From the NCBI GenBank assembly GCA_050916045.1, contig CP051526.1, forward strand, positions 1,504,001-1,568,000: a DNA stretch of 64,000 bases, read 5' to 3'. The translations under genes were made by a program, and so were the position numbers. The stretch is from Tepidisphaera sp. GTDB taxonomy: Bacteria > Planctomycetota > Phycisphaerae > Phycisphaerales > UBA1924. The notes under the pieces are model-generated. The model had not been told where the DNA came from. It made no database searches and was given only the letters and a program-made list of their open reading frames with translations. This document shows positions 9,486-20,478 of this stretch, piece by piece. Numbering within the stretch: the first letter of the stretch is position 1; every line of letters starts with the position of its first letter.

Positions 9486-12400
9486 TCAGGTCCCGGGCTT
9501 GTCGAATCGCTGGGTCGCGCGGCGCTTGGCGGCGAGCAAGCCGGACTCGGGCTCGTCGCTCGCGGGTTTGGCACGGGCGTCGCGAGCGGACGCATCGGAC
9601 GGCGGGATGGGCGGCGAGACGGGCGGCGGAACGGCGGGGGCGCTCGGCGAACGCGGGGAGGGTTCGGGCGCGGCGACGGCGGCCATGTTTCGCGCGCGGC
9701 GTTCGTCGCGAGCCGCTTTGGCGAGCTTGGCGGCGTCGCTCGCGGTGAGGACGGGGGGCTGGTAGCCGAGCGTGGAGGAGGGCTCGGGCTCGCCGGCACC
9801 CTTTCGGAGGGCTTCGAGCGTGGCGGCGGCCTGCGTGCCGCGTTCGCGGACGGCCTGGGCCGCCATCGTGCGGAGCGAACCCTGGGACGTCAGCCGGTCC
9901 CACGCGATCCGCCGGGTGGCGAGGTCCAGAAGCAGCAGCACCAGCGTCCAGGCGAGCATTGGCTTCCACACGGGGCTGAGCACTTCGAGCGGCTTGATCC
10001 CGCCTCGGTCGAAGAACTCGGCATCCTGCGGGCGATCCAAAGCCAGCACGCGGCCGCCTGTTTCCGAAGCGATCTGCTTGAGAAGTTCGGCGTTGCTGCG
10101 AAGCTGTCTGTACTCGACGCCGCCGCGCGAACTGACACCCGCGATGACGGGGGGCAGGCGGCGTTCGGTCGCGCTCGCGGTGGCCGGGCCCTTCGGGCGG
10201 AGAAGGGTTATGTATGTCCCCGCTTCCTCGGCCGGGATGGTTCCCTCGTAGACCCCGGGGCCGGTCTGCGCGAGCTTCATGTCGCGGGCGACGCCGGTGG
10301 GGGAGTAGACGGTGACCGGGACCTCGAGGCCATCCATCGGCGTTCGGCTTGCTTCGGCGGAGGAGCCCGCCGCGAACGCTTCGAGACGCACGTTCAGCAC
10401 CCCGTCGCTGGCAACCGCTCGCGCATCGAGCCCCGAGCCCGACAGCTCCGCCCGCGACGTCAGCCGGGCCGCTTGGAGCCAGAACGCCCGGTAGGACGGT
10501 GTCTTAAGCCACGCAGAAGCCCAGCGGCTCGCGTCCGAGGTGAACGCGGTGACCCGGCCGAGCTCAACCTGCCAGTGGGCGAGCACGGGCTCGGCGTCGC
10601 CGGTGTCTCTCGGGTTGACGAGTGCGTTGGTCACCGTCGGCTCGGAGCGCATGCGCGTCAGCGTCAGGCCGCCGAGTTCGCCGATGGATCCGACGCCGGC
10701 GAGAAGCGGGGAGCCGAGCTGTCCGATCCGCGGCGAGAACGGTTCCTCGCGGATCATCGGGCTCCGTACGACGCGCACGGCTTTGAGGAAGATCTTGGGG
10801 AGCACATCGGGATTGATGACGTTGTAGTGGACGCCGCCGCCGCGTTCGGCCATGCGGGCGAGCGTTTCGGGGTCGCCCCGGTCGCCCACCGAGATCGTCG
10901 ACATCGTGATGTCGCCGCCTTCGGGCGTCTTGAGCACCGCCGCCAAGCCGGGCAGTTCGTCGGCGTCGGAGCTTCGGCCGTCGGACATCACAAGGATGTG
11001 CTTGCTCTTGGCTTTGATCTTGGAAAGCTGCTCGGCGGCTTCGCGGATCGCGGGGCCGGCGCGTGTGCCGCCGCCGGAGCCGATGCGACGGACGAGGGCG
11101 GCGGTCTCCTCGGCGTTTGAGTTTGGCCCGACGGGGACGAGCACGTCGTAGGTCTCGTTGAAGGTCGTCACGCCGACGAGGTCGTTCTTGTCCAGGCTGC
11201 GGATCGCCAGAGCCGCGGCTTCATTGGCGATTTCCTGCTGTGACCGCATCGACCCCATGACGCGGAAGTTCATCGATCCGGAGTTGTCGAGCACGAAAGC
11301 GATGGCGACCTCTGGCACGACGAGCTTGTCGGGGAGGTCCAGGTGAACCGGCAGGATGGGTTCGACCGGGCTGCCGCGCCACCCGCCGGCGCCGAAGCTC
11401 TGCGGCCCGCCGACCATCATGAGGCCGCCGCCCAGATCCTTCACGTACGACACCAGCAGCGACTGCTGCTCGGCAGGAATGTTCTCCGAAGGCACGTTCT
11501 CGAGAACCACCAGGTCGAACCCGCCGAGTTGAAGCAGGTCCTGCGGGAACGACTCCGCCCGGCGCGTGTCGACGAGGAAGCCGCCCTCGCGGAGCGTCGA
11601 TGAAAGCGTCGTCCCCGCTCCGTCGTTCACGCCGTCGATCACCAGGACCGTGCCGCGGCCGGGCGTGATGGTGAAGCCCTCGCCGGTGTTGTTGCGAGCA
11701 AGCGTGTCGCCGCTGAACGCGCCGCTTTCGACGTCGGGCTCGAAGATGGCTTTGAACCGGTGGACGCGTCCTTCGCCAAGGGGCACCTCGAGCGGGATGA
11801 CGTTGGAGCCGGCCTGGAGGGTGACACGGAGGCCATCTCCCTCCGCGGCGCCGTTGAGGTCGATGGTGCGCTGGTCATCGAGGAGGCGGAGCGTACCCGT
11901 GGCCGGCCCGGTCGAGGTCAGGGAGACGCGTACGCTCGCGGTCGCGCCCGCCGCCGCGCGCGGCGGGGCATCCACGGAGTCGACGTACACCTCGCGGGTG
12001 ATCTCGTACTCGATGGGGAGCACCGAGATCGGCACCACACCGCGGCCGCCGGCGGCGCGATCGTCGTCCGCATCCTCGCTCGCGGGTCCTCGACTGACCG
12101 ACTGCCGCGCCGCGGCGAGCGCGTCGCCGGCCGTCTGGACGCCGTCGGAGACGAGGATGATCCTCCCGGCGGCGTCGGGGGGCATCATCGCTCGCGACAG
12201 GCGGAGGGCCTGCTCGATGTTCGTCCCTTCGCCCAGCGGGAGGTCTACCGGCCAGTCGATCATCCCCGAGCCTTCAAGCCCGGCCCGCGTGGGACTTACG
12301 ACCACCGCCGCTTGCCCGGCGAACGCGACGATCCCGATCGAGTCGTCGGGCCCGGCTTTGGAAGCCGCTTCGCGGACGAATTTCCGGACCATGTCCATCG

Positions 12401-12731
12401 CGGGCCGCTGGGACCACGCTTCCAGCCAAGCGGCCCTCTCCTCCGGCGTGGCGGATTCGGAAAGCCCGCCGCGTGTGAGCGCCCCTCCGGGGCGATCCAT
12501 CGATCCGGAGATGTCCACCGCGATCACGGCTGTGAATTTGTCCGTTCGCGTCACCGCGCTCGCGCCGGCGAGCAGGAGCACGATCATCGCGAAGAGGAAG
12601 AACCGAAGCAGGATCGCCGACCAGCGCCGGACCGAGCCCATCGCGGAAAACCAAGCGAATCCGAGCAGCACGACGGGCACGAGCACGATCGCCGCGTAAA
12701 GCCACTGAGGATTGCTGAGGCGAAACTCCAC
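9486..12731 (-). CDS. Membrane-anchored protein with two VWA domains and a glutamine-amidotransferase-like domain
   Basis: BatA-like N-terminal TM, MIDAS motifs DISGS and DNSGS, LVSDG, GGGLMMVGGPQSFGAGGW, C-terminal TM; GTG start (VEFRL) inferred. Confidence 0.8.
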   Translation of the reverse strand: MEFRLSNPQWLYAAIVLVPVVLLGFAWFSAMGSVRRWSAILLRFFLFAMIVLLLAGASAVTRTDKFTAVIAVDISGSMDRPGGALTRGGLSESATPEERAAWLEAWSQRPAMDMVRKFVREAASKAGPDDSIGIVAFAGQAAVVVSPTRAGLEGSGMIDWPVDLPLGEGTNIEQALRLSRAMMPPDAAGRIILVSDGVQTAGDALAAARQSVSRGPASEDADDDRAAGGRGVVPISVLPIEYEITREVYVDSVDAPPRAAAGATASVRVSLTSTGPATGTLRLLDDQRTIDLNGAAEGDGLRVTLQAGSNVIPLEVPLGEGRVHRFKAIFEPDVESGAFSGDTLARNNTGEGFTITPGRGTVLVIDGVNDGAGTTLSSTLREGGFLVDTRRAESFPQDLLQLGGFDLVVLENVPSENIPAEQQSLLVSYVKDLGGGLMMVGGPQSFGAGGWRGSPVEPILPVHLDLPDKLVVPEVAIAFVLDNSGSMNFRVMGSMRSQQEIANEAAALAIRSLDKNDLVGVTTFNETYDVLVPVGPNSNAEETAALVRRIGSGGGTRAGPAIREAAEQLSKIKAKSKHILVMSDGRSSDADELPGLAAVLKTPEGGDITMSTISVGDRGDPETLARMAERGGGVHYNVINPDVLPKIFLKAVRVVRSPMIREEPFSPRIGQLGSPLLAGVGSIGELGGLTLTRMRSEPTVTNALVNPRDTGDAEPVLAHWQVELGRVTAFTSDASRWASAWLKTPSYRAFWLQAARLTSRAELSGSGLDARAVASDGVLNVRLEAFAAGSSAEASRTPMDGLEVPVTVYSPTGVARDMKLAQTGPGVYEGTIPAEEAGTYITLLRPKGPATASATERRLPPVIAGVSSRGGVEYRQLRSNAELLKQIASETGGRVLALDRPQDAEFFDRGGIKPLEVLSPVWKPMLAWTLVLLLLDLATRRIAWDRLTSQGSLRTMAAQAVRERGTQAAATLEALRKGAGEPEPSSTLGYQPPVLTASDAAKLAKAARDERRARNMAAVAAPEPSPRSPSAPAVPPPVSPPIPPSDASARDARAKPASDEPESGLLAAKRRATQRFDKPGT

Positions 12732-12816
12732 GCGGTATGGTACCGCTCGCCGGCGTGAAGGAGTTTTTATCCGATCGATGTCGAACTTTCGCTGAGGCTC
12801 GCGTTTATACTGTGCG

Positions 12817-14697
12817 ATGCCGGACCAAATGATGCTCACCTTGGCCGCGGGAGTCGAGAACCTCCCGCTCTTGACCACCATCGCTGCGGGGTTCGCCGCC
12901 GCGTGGGTGCTCGGGCTGATCACGCATCGCATCGGCCTCTCCCCGATCGTCGGGTACTTGCTGGCGGGGGTGGTGATCGGTCCCAAGACGCCCGGGTTCG
13001 CCGGGGACATCCACATCGCCGAGCAGCTCGCCGAGGTGGGCGTGATTCTGCTGATGTTCGGCGTCGGGCTTCACTTTAAGCTCAAGGACCTGCTCGCCGT
13101 CAAGGGCGTGGCCGTTCCGGGCGCGATCGGGCAGAGCTTGTTCGCGACCCTCGCGACGGTCGCGATCTTCATGGCGTTTGGATGGACGTTCAAAGCCGGC
13201 GTCGTGCTCGGCATGGCGATGGCCGTCGCGAGCACGGTCGTGCTCCTTCGAGTACTGATGGACCGGAGCATGCTCAACACGACCCACGGTCACGTCGCCG
13301 TCGGCTGGCTGATCGTCGAGGACATCCTCACCGTCTTCGCCCTGGTCCTGGTGCCGATGTTCGCGGTCCAAAGCACGAACGACGGCACGACCAATGCGGC
13401 GGACGGGGCCGCCGCGACGCAGGCGGCGGGCTCCATGTCCGGGCTTGCCACGTTCGGCTGGGCGGTGCTCAAGCTCATCGCCCTGGTCGCCATCGTTTTC
13501 CTCGCGGGGTCGCGGGTCGTGCCGTGGCTTCTCGCGAGAATCGCCAAGCTCCGTTCCCCGGAGCTCTTTACGCTCACGGTGCTGGTCCTGTCGGTCACGA
13601 TCGCGGTCGGGTCTGCCGCTTTCTTCGGGGCTTCGGTCGCGCTGGGCGCGTTCCTCGCCGGGATGGTCGTGGCTCAGTCGCCGGTCAGTCATCAAGCCGC
13701 GGCAGATGCTCTGCCGATGCGTGATGCGTTCGCCGTGCTCTTCTTCGTCTCTGTCGGGATGCTCTTTGATCCGTCCTTTGTGGTTCAGGAGCCGCTTCTC
13801 GTCCTCGCGGGCGTGGTGGTGGTGCTGATTGTCAAGCCGTTGGCGGCCCTCGTGATCGTGGCGATCCGCGGCTATCCCGCCCGCACCGCCCTCACCGTCG
13901 CGATCGGCCTCTCCCAGATCGGCGAGTTTTCGTTCATTCTCGGGAAAGCGGCTCTGGTGAGCAACCTGATGCCCGAAGAGGGCCTTCAGGTCCTGGTCGC
14001 GACCGCGATGATCTCGATCACCCTCAACCCGCTTCTCTTCGGGGCTTTGCCTCGCATCGAGGGCTGGATTCAGCGCGTCCCCTGGCTCTGGCGGGTGCTC
14101 AACGCGCGGCACGACGCCCGCATCAAGTCCATCAACGCCGACTCGCAGGCCAAAGCCGCGGCGTCCGACCATCCCCTCGCGATCATCGTCGGGTACGGCC
14201 CCGTCGGCCGCGTGGTCGATGCTCTCCTCCGCGACGCCAAGATCGAGACCGTCGTGATCGACATGAACATCGACACGATCCATGCGCTCACCGCCGCGGG
14301 ACGCATCGCGATCTTCGGCGACGCCGCTCGCCACGAGATTCTCGAGCAGGCCGGGATCCACAAAGCAAAGCACCTGATCGTCACGCTGCCGCACGCGGAG
14401 GGCCGGGTCCCGCTCGTCATGGCCGCCCGCGAACTCAATCCCTCCATCGAGATCACCGTCCGGGCACGCTACCTCGCCGAGCGGGAGGTCCTCGAGAACG
14501 CCGGTGCCGCGGGGATCGTCTATGAAGAGGGCGAAGCCGGTGTCGCTCTCGCCCGGTACGTGCTCGAACGTCGCGGCATCGAGCCGCAGAAGGTCGAAAA
14601 GCTCCTCGTCGCCATCCGAAACCTCTGGCGCATGACCACCCCGCCAGCCGACAGCGGCAAGCCTACAACCACGCTGCCGCCGTCCGAGAGCGCTTGA
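12817..14697 (+). CDS. CPA2-family cation:proton antiporter (YbaL/Kef-type) with TrkA-N (RCK) domain
   Basis: IVGYLLAG, AEVGVILLMFGVGLHF, GWLIVED, LPMRDAFAVLFFVSVG, QIGEFSF, IVGYGPVG. Confidence 0.92.
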   Translation: MPDQMMLTLAAGVENLPLLTTIAAGFAAAWVLGLITHRIGLSPIVGYLLAGVVIGPKTPGFAGDIHIAEQLAEVGVILLMFGVGLHFKLKDLLAVKGVAVPGAIGQSLFATLATVAIFMAFGWTFKAGVVLGMAMAVASTVVLLRVLMDRSMLNTTHGHVAVGWLIVEDILTVFALVLVPMFAVQSTNDGTTNAADGAAATQAAGSMSGLATFGWAVLKLIALVAIVFLAGSRVVPWLLARIAKLRSPELFTLTVLVLSVTIAVGSAAFFGASVALGAFLAGMVVAQSPVSHQAAADALPMRDAFAVLFFVSVGMLFDPSFVVQEPLLVLAGVVVVLIVKPLAALVIVAIRGYPARTALTVAIGLSQIGEFSFILGKAALVSNLMPEEGLQVLVATAMISITLNPLLFGALPRIEGWIQRVPWLWRVLNARHDARIKSINADSQAKAAASDHPLAIIVGYGPVGRVVDALLRDAKIETVVIDMNIDTIHALTAAGRIAIFGDAARHEILEQAGIHKAKHLIVTLPHAEGRVPLVMAARELNPSIEITVRARYLAEREVLENAGAAGIVYEEGEAGVALARYVLERRGIEPQKVEKLLVAIRNLWRMTTPPADSGKPTTTLPPSESA

Positions 14698-14752
14698 CGC
14701 CCGACCTCCCCGGCTCGGGCAAGCGTCGCTCGTGCGGCAACAGGAGCCGTCC

Positions 14753-15157
14753 ATGCCAAGCCCTCAGGTCGAGCTGATTCGCGGGATCTACGACGCTTTC
14801 GCCAAGGGCGATGTCGGCGGCGTGCTCGGAAGCATGAGCCCCTCCATCATCTGGAACGAAGCCGAGAACTTCCCCTACGCCGACGGCAACCCGTACATCG
14901 GGCCGCAAGCCGTCGCGGCCGGCGTCTTCTCGCGCTGCGCGACCGAGTGGGACGGATTCGCGGTCGAGGTCGAGGAATTGATCGATGGCGGCACCACCGT
15001 CGTCGCTCTTGTCCGCTATCTCGGGAAGTACAAAGCCACCGGCCGGGCCCAGCGCACGCAGGCGGTGCACGTCTGGCGGATCGAGGGTGGCAAGGTCACG
15101 CGATTCCAGCAGTACGCGGACACGCTGCAGGTCGCGAAGGTGATCGGCTCGCGCTGA
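14753..15157 (+). CDS. NTF2-like/SnoaL-like protein
   Basis: YDAFAKGD...WNEAENFPYADGNPYIG...HVWRIEGGKVTRFQQYADT; AGGAG before ATG 14753. Confidence 0.85.
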   Translation: MPSPQVELIRGIYDAFAKGDVGGVLGSMSPSIIWNEAENFPYADGNPYIGPQAVAAGVFSRCATEWDGFAVEVEELIDGGTTVVALVRYLGKYKATGRAQRTQAVHVWRIEGGKVTRFQQYADTLQVAKVIGSR

Positions 15158-15205
15158 GGACCGCGTCGGCACCCCGCGGCGAAGGCGACGCGGAGTCTGG
15201 CCGGG

Positions 15206-15733
15206 TCACTTGCCGCCGGTGCCGGGCTTGGGCACATGCTGATCGAACAGGATGGGATTGCCGTCCGGATCGTTGATGACAAAGCTCGCCGGGCCGGTCG
15301 AGTTGGCGTCGGCTTCGAGCGCGAAAGCGATGCCCTTGGCTTTCAGCCGGGCTTGCAACTCGCGGATGTCTTCGAATTTCTCGAGCGGGGTCGCGGCGCT
15401 CGTCCAGCCGGGGTTGAAGGTGAGCATGTTCTTCGGGAACATCCCTTGGAAGAGACCGATATTCGTCGTGCCGTTCTGCATCACCAGCCAGTTTTGCTTC
15501 TGATCGCCGCCGACGACCGTGAACCCGAGGGCTTCGTAGAACGCCCGTGAAGCGGCGATGTCCTTCACCGTGAGGCTGATGGAAAAGTTGCCGTGCGAAC
15601 TGACGACGGCGGCATTCCGCGCCGGGGATTCGGACTTGCCGCTCGTGTGGTCCTTGGTGGACGCACACCCGCCCGCGAGCATCCCCGCGAGCATGAACAC
15701 CGAAACGCCGATCCGCCCGAGATTCATCGTCAT
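15206..15733 (-). CDS. VOC (glyoxalase-like) family protein with N-terminal lipoprotein signal
   Basis: FSISLTVKDIAASRAFYEALGF, GLFQGMF, DPDGNPILFDQH; lipobox LAGGC; GGAGG upstream. Confidence 0.85.
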   Translation of the reverse strand: MTMNLGRIGVSVFMLAGMLAGGCASTKDHTSGKSESPARNAAVVSSHGNFSISLTVKDIAASRAFYEALGFTVVGGDQKQNWLVMQNGTTNIGLFQGMFPKNMLTFNPGWTSAATPLEKFEDIRELQARLKAKGIAFALEADANSTGPASFVINDPDGNPILFDQHVPKPGTGGK

Positions 15734-15883
15734 CGCCAGTCCTCCGTGTCCGGGGCCGCGTGGCTCTCACCGGCCCGGACGCCGACGAGCATACCACAAA
15801 CAAGGGCAAGCGTTAGCCTGTCGGCCGGTGCCAGTCGCACTGGGAGCGTCGGCACCGTGGTCAGTCCGACGTGGAGACCCTTC

Positions 15884-16882
15884 GTGGACACGCGCACCAA
15901 GCTCATACTGGGCATCGCCGGCTTGGCCGCCGCCGCCGCTCTGCTCTTTGGCCTGATGAAGTCCGTCGGTGTGAAGTCGTACGGGACGCCCGTCGGCCGC
16001 GTCGTCCGGGCGGGGTCGCACCTCGCGGTCCTCATCGAGACCCGGAACCCCTACCTCCCGTCGCTCCAAGGGGTTCCCGAAAGCCGGATGTCCTACGCCT
16101 ACGACCTCTGGCTGATCCCGGAGACCGGTGGTCCGCAGCGGTCCTTCCGTCTGGCCCGAAGCGTGCGCTCGGGCGACCGCAGGCACAACCACGGGGCCCA
16201 GCGATTCGAGAACGGCGTGCTTTGGTACACGATCCAGGACCTCCAGGGCTTTGACCTCGCGTCGGAAAGCACCGTCACGACCCCCGCACCCGCGTCCATC
16301 GCCAACATTCCGATCTCGCAGCTTTTGCCCCCCTCGGACAACCCGCTCATCCCGTACCGCGCCCAAAGCGTCACCCTCGCGTCCGGCGAACGCCTCTCGC
16401 TCCTGAGCGTCGAAGAAGCCAAGACCGCCCTCGCTCCCGGCGCTCGCTTGCATGACAACCCCGACGCGGCTGGCACCTTCTGGCCCCGCACGTTGCACCG
16501 CATCTCGGCCCAGCCGGGCCCGATCCCGCGACTGGCCGCTTCCGCGCCCGTTTCGACGACGGAGTTCCGTAACGCCGCGTTCATGCGCACAGCGCCCAAC
16601 GGCCCGCCGGTCCGCTTCTCGAATCCCGAGGGGTACCTCATGGTGCATGAAGCGGGCGACCGCGTGCATCCGACGGTTCATCTCTCCCGCATGAACGCCG
16701 ACGGGACGATCGCGTGGACCGCCGACACGCGGATCGGCCGGTTGTCGGACATCCTGCCGCACGACCGGTTGCCCGCGTTTGTCGGCCAGCTTCCCAATCA
16801 ACTGACCGAGCCGACGCTCACGGTGGTCAACCTCGAATCCGGTCAGGCCGTGACCACCTCGCTGAAGGGTCCGCTGAACTGA
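15884..16882 (+). CDS. Hypothetical exported/membrane-anchored protein, possibly beta-propeller-like
   Basis: GTG start after GGAG; N-terminal hydrophobic segment; strand-rich body (LSRMNADGTIAW, VVNLESGQ). Confidence 0.6.
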   Translation: MDTRTKLILGIAGLAAAAALLFGLMKSVGVKSYGTPVGRVVRAGSHLAVLIETRNPYLPSLQGVPESRMSYAYDLWLIPETGGPQRSFRLARSVRSGDRRHNHGAQRFENGVLWYTIQDLQGFDLASESTVTTPAPASIANIPISQLLPPSDNPLIPYRAQSVTLASGERLSLLSVEEAKTALAPGARLHDNPDAAGTFWPRTLHRISAQPGPIPRLAASAPVSTTEFRNAAFMRTAPNGPPVRFSNPEGYLMVHEAGDRVHPTVHLSRMNADGTIAWTADTRIGRLSDILPHDRLPAFVGQLPNQLTEPTLTVVNLESGQAVTTSLKGPLN

Positions 16883-16909
16883 CCTGTCATCCCGCGTCGT
16901 GGAGGTCCC

Positions 16910-17281
16910 ATGTCCTGGCTGAGCACCGTCGCTTCGATCATCCTGACCGCGTTTCCCGACAAAGCCAAGCCCGCCGTTCCCGCGCCCCGGGGCCTTGAGG
17001 GTGCGAGCGTCTCGTACGTGAACGACGGGCGTTCGGGCAAGGTCGTCTTTTCGCGGCGGATGCGTTCCTTTGAGATGTACTTCGAATTCGGAGGCGACGA
17101 CACACTTGCGGTCATCGACGTCCCGTCACCGTCCGAATGGCTGAAAGCGACCGGATACCCGCTGGGGATGCGACGCTCGATTCTCGAATTCATCGGCCAA
17201 TGCGTCGTCCGCGACCAGACCGCCGGCGGCCAAGGCCGGTTCGTCGTGTCCGATCGCGGTATCCGCATCCACAGCCGATGA
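16910..17281 (+). CDS. Hypothetical protein
   Basis: GGAGG RBS; co-oriented with neighbours; protein-like composition (GRSGKV, MYFEFGGDD). Confidence 0.6.
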   Translation: MSWLSTVASIILTAFPDKAKPAVPAPRGLEGASVSYVNDGRSGKVVFSRRMRSFEMYFEFGGDDTLAVIDVPSPSEWLKATGYPLGMRRSILEFIGQCVVRDQTAGGQGRFVVSDRGIRIHSR

Positions 17282-17338
17282 CGGCACGCTTCCCGCGCGT
17301 TTCCGGTAGCATGCGAGCCATCTCGAAAGGGCTCATGC

Positions 17339-19681
17339 ATGCTGGGATCTTCGGCGATCGGTGTGTTGCGAAAGACCGGGCGAACGATCCGCGCGTGCGC
17401 GGCCGCGGCCGCCGCTTTGAGCTTGGTCGGCCTCGCTTCGTGCGAGTCGGTGCCGTTGGCTGAACGCGCGCCTCTCGCGATCGACCGGAGCCAGTTGGTT
17501 CTCTGGTCCGACCGGCCGGCGAACGCGTGGATGACCGAAGCGTTCCCGATCGGCAACGGCCCGATGGGCGCCATGTTCTTTGGCGGCACCGAGATCGAGC
17601 GCGTGCAGTTCAATGAGATCAGCTTGTGGTCCGGCGCCCGCGTCGCGGTCGAAGGCCTCGGCGAAGAGGGACAGGACCTCGGCGCGTATCAAGCGTTCGG
17701 CGACATCTTCGTCCACCTCGGCCACGACGCCGCGAAGGTGACCAACTACCGCCGCGAGCTTGACCTCAGCCGCGCGGTCCACACCGTGACCTACGAGCAC
17801 GAGGGTGTTCGGTACGAGCGCACCGCGTTTGCGAGCCATCCCGACCGTGTCATCGTCGTCCACCTGACCGCCAGCAAGCCCGGGGCCTATTCCGGGCGGG
17901 TCCAGCTCACCGACATGCATGATGCCAAGATCACCGCGAAGGGCGAGACGCTGACGGCGACGGGCAAGCTCGCCAACGGGTTCGAGTACGAGTCACAGCT
18001 TGTCGCGCTTCATCAGAGCGGGTCGATCCGTCCGGTCGAAGACGCGGCGGCCGCGACAAACCCGTGGAAGATCAAGGCTCCGCCCGCCGGACTCGCGTTC
18101 GAACGCTGCGACAGCCTCACACTCATCCTCAGCGCCGGCACGAACTACACCGCTGACCACGCGAAACAGTGGCTCGGCGGCCATCCGCACGCGGCGGTCA
18201 CGGGTCGCATCCAAGCCGCTCGCGCCCGAAGCGTTTCGGATCTTCGAAGCCGGCACCTCGCGGACTATCGCGGTCTGTTTGACCGTTTCTCGCTGGATGT
18301 CGGGGCTTCATCGTCGCAGACGCTCGCGATGACGACGGAGGATCGGTTGAAAGCGTACCTCGCGGGCGCGGCCGACCCGTCGCTGGAGTCGCTTTTCTGC
18401 CAGTTCGGCCGGTACCTGCTGATCAGTTGTTCAAGGCCGGGCTCGCTTCCCGCGAATCTTCAGGGCGTTTGGAACGACAGCAACAGCCCGCCGTGGGCCG
18501 GCGATTACCACTCGAACATCAACGTGCAGATGAACTACTGGCCGGCTGAGCCCGCCAACCTCGCCGACTGCCACCGGCCGTTCATCGACTACGTCACCAG
18601 CATCCGCGAGGTCAGCGCCCGCAACACGCGGCAGAAGTACGGAAAGGTCCGCGGATGGACGGTTCAGACGATGAACAACGCGTGCGGCGTCTCGTTCTGG
18701 AAATGGAACCCTCCGGGCAGCGCGTGGTACGCCCAGCACCTCTGGGAGCACTTCGCGTTCGGCCGCGACACCGACTACCTCCGCCGCATCGCGTACCCGG
18801 TGATGAAAGAGGTCTGCGAGTTCTGGGAGGACCACCTCAAGCGTCGTCCCGACGGCACGCTTGTCACGCCTGACGGGTGGTCGCCCGAGCACGGACCGCA
18901 GGAGGAGGGCGTCACCTACGACCAAATGATCGTGCACGATCTCTTCACCAACACGATCGAAGCCGCCGACATCCTCAGCGAGGACAGGGCTTTCCGCGAC
19001 CGCATCGCGGATCTTCGGGACAAGCTCCTCAAGCCCAAGATCGGCCGCTGGGGCCAGCTTCAGGAGTGGGAGACCGACCGCGACGACCCGAACGACAAAC
19101 ATCGCCACGTCTCGCACCTCTTCGGGCTCCACCCCGGACGGCAGATCACCCGCGCGACGACCCCCGACCTCGCCCAAGCCGCCCGCGTCTCCCTGACGGC
19201 TCGCGGCGACGCGTCCACCGGCTGGAGCAAAGCTTGGAAGATCAACTTCTGGGCCCGCTTGGGCGATGGCGAACGCGCCCACAGCTTGCTCCGGAGTCTG
19301 CTCAACATCGTTGATGAGACACGCACGATCTATGGCGAAAGCGGCGGGGGGGTCTACGACAACCTCTTCGTCTCCCACCCGCCGTTCCAGATCGACGGCA
19401 ACTTCGGAGCCACCGCCGGTGTCTGCGAGATGCTGGTCCAAAGCCACGCCGGCGAGATTCAGCTCCTCCCCGCCCTTCCGAAAGCCTGGCCGACCGGCTC
19501 CGTCCGAGGGCTTCGTGCCCGCGGTGGGTTTGAGGTGGATATGGATTGGAAAGACGGTCTTCTGACCAGAGCCGTCATTCGGTCGATTTCCGGAAGGGAG
19601 TGCCGGGTCGTCTGGGGGGACCGGGTCTGGCGGGTGGTGACCACTCCCGGCGGCACCTTTCCGCTCACGATCGCGCCCTAA
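17339..19681 (+). CDS. Glycoside hydrolase family 95 (alpha-L-fucosidase-like), exported
   Basis: [72 protein letters not shown]. Confidence 0.92.
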   Translation: MLGSSAIGVLRKTGRTIRACAAAAAALSLVGLASCESVPLAERAPLAIDRSQLVLWSDRPANAWMTEAFPIGNGPMGAMFFGGTEIERVQFNEISLWSGARVAVEGLGEEGQDLGAYQAFGDIFVHLGHDAAKVTNYRRELDLSRAVHTVTYEHEGVRYERTAFASHPDRVIVVHLTASKPGAYSGRVQLTDMHDAKITAKGETLTATGKLANGFEYESQLVALHQSGSIRPVEDAAAATNPWKIKAPPAGLAFERCDSLTLILSAGTNYTADHAKQWLGGHPHAAVTGRIQAARARSVSDLRSRHLADYRGLFDRFSLDVGASSSQTLAMTTEDRLKAYLAGAADPSLESLFCQFGRYLLISCSRPGSLPANLQGVWNDSNSPPWAGDYHSNINVQMNYWPAEPANLADCHRPFIDYVTSIREVSARNTRQKYGKVRGWTVQTMNNACGVSFWKWNPPGSAWYAQHLWEHFAFGRDTDYLRRIAYPVMKEVCEFWEDHLKRRPDGTLVTPDGWSPEHGPQEEGVTYDQMIVHDLFTNTIEAADILSEDRAFRDRIADLRDKLLKPKIGRWGQLQEWETDRDDPNDKHRHVSHLFGLHPGRQITRATTPDLAQAARVSLTARGDASTGWSKAWKINFWARLGDGERAHSLLRSLLNIVDETRTIYGESGGGVYDNLFVSHPPFQIDGNFGATAGVCEMLVQSHAGEIQLLPALPKAWPTGSVRGLRARGGFEVDMDWKDGLLTRAVIRSISGRECRVVWGDRVWRVVTTPGGTFPLTIAP

Positions 19682-19727
19682 AGTTTGCGGTGACCCGGTC
19701 TGGGAGTCGAACCAAGGAGCACCTGAC

Positions 19728-20369
19728 ATGCTCGCCACCTCCACTCGCCCGCACTCGGAACTCGAGCTCGACCTGTACAGCGACATCATGGACGGCCGCG
19801 TCTCGCTGACGCTGAGCATCGTGATCGCCATCCTTCTCGGTGCGCTACTCGCCGCCGCCGCGTTCGGTGTCCACTGGATCTACGCGTGGATGACCTCCGG
19901 GACGGCCTCGTGGATGATCCCGCTGATCATCGGCGGTGTCGTCTCCGTGCTGGGCTTCTTCGCCATGCGGAGCGGCGGAGCCGACGACTGGACCAACAAC
20001 CCGCCCAAGCTCACGACGGACATCATCGCCACCGCCGACGCGGCTTGGCTGGTGGATGACGATTCGCCGCAGTACCGGTTCGTCCTTCGCGTCGAGCCCC
20101 AGCGGTTCATCGTCGTGAATCAGAGCGTCGACGACGCAGGCCTCGAAGGCTTCGGCGTGAGTTCGGAGAAGATCGGGTCCGAGCTCAAGCTCGTCATGCT
20201 CGGCGAGGGTCGGTTCCGTCGCGTGATCGACTCCGCCGTCTCCGGCCCGCCGCTTGATCTCAAGAACGTCGAGATCCCGGCTCCGGAGGATGAAGCCCCG
20301 TTGCCCGACGGGATCTACGACCTGGCGCAGCTGCCCGAACCGATCCGCGCGATCGTGACCGCGGCCTGA
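19728..20369 (+). CDS. Hypothetical protein with two TM helices
   Basis: AAGGAG RBS; two hydrophobic helices; distant resemblance to 49570..50271. Confidence 0.7.
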   Translation: MLATSTRPHSELELDLYSDIMDGRVSLTLSIVIAILLGALLAAAAFGVHWIYAWMTSGTASWMIPLIIGGVVSVLGFFAMRSGGADDWTNNPPKLTTDIIATADAAWLVDDDSPQYRFVLRVEPQRFIVVNQSVDDAGLEGFGVSSEKIGSELKLVMLGEGRFRRVIDSAVSGPPLDLKNVEIPAPEDEAPLPDGIYDLAQLPEPIRAIVTAA

Positions 20370-20478
20370 GCCGCTCCAACGTCCACCCCAAGCGAGCTTT
20401 CGTCGCGATCCAAGCGGCGACGGCTCTCGGTACACTGCGCCCAGCCGCCCCGGGGCGTGCTGCGAAAGCGAGCGATCC

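Noticed and set aside
12732..12816. Expected third att copy at the left edge of the accessory block
   Set aside because: No TCGGGGTGGCGG-like sequence found by eye, so the 12.8-23.1 kb block is not annotated as a mobile element.
5634..13016. Apparent N-terminal extensions or fusions in the ORF track (tsaD to 7109, methyltransferase to 9969, VWA protein to 13016; likewise FG-GAP to 41550 and HAD from 35019)
   Set aside because: The extensions overlap neighbouring genes and are low-complexity; family motifs start at downstream codons.
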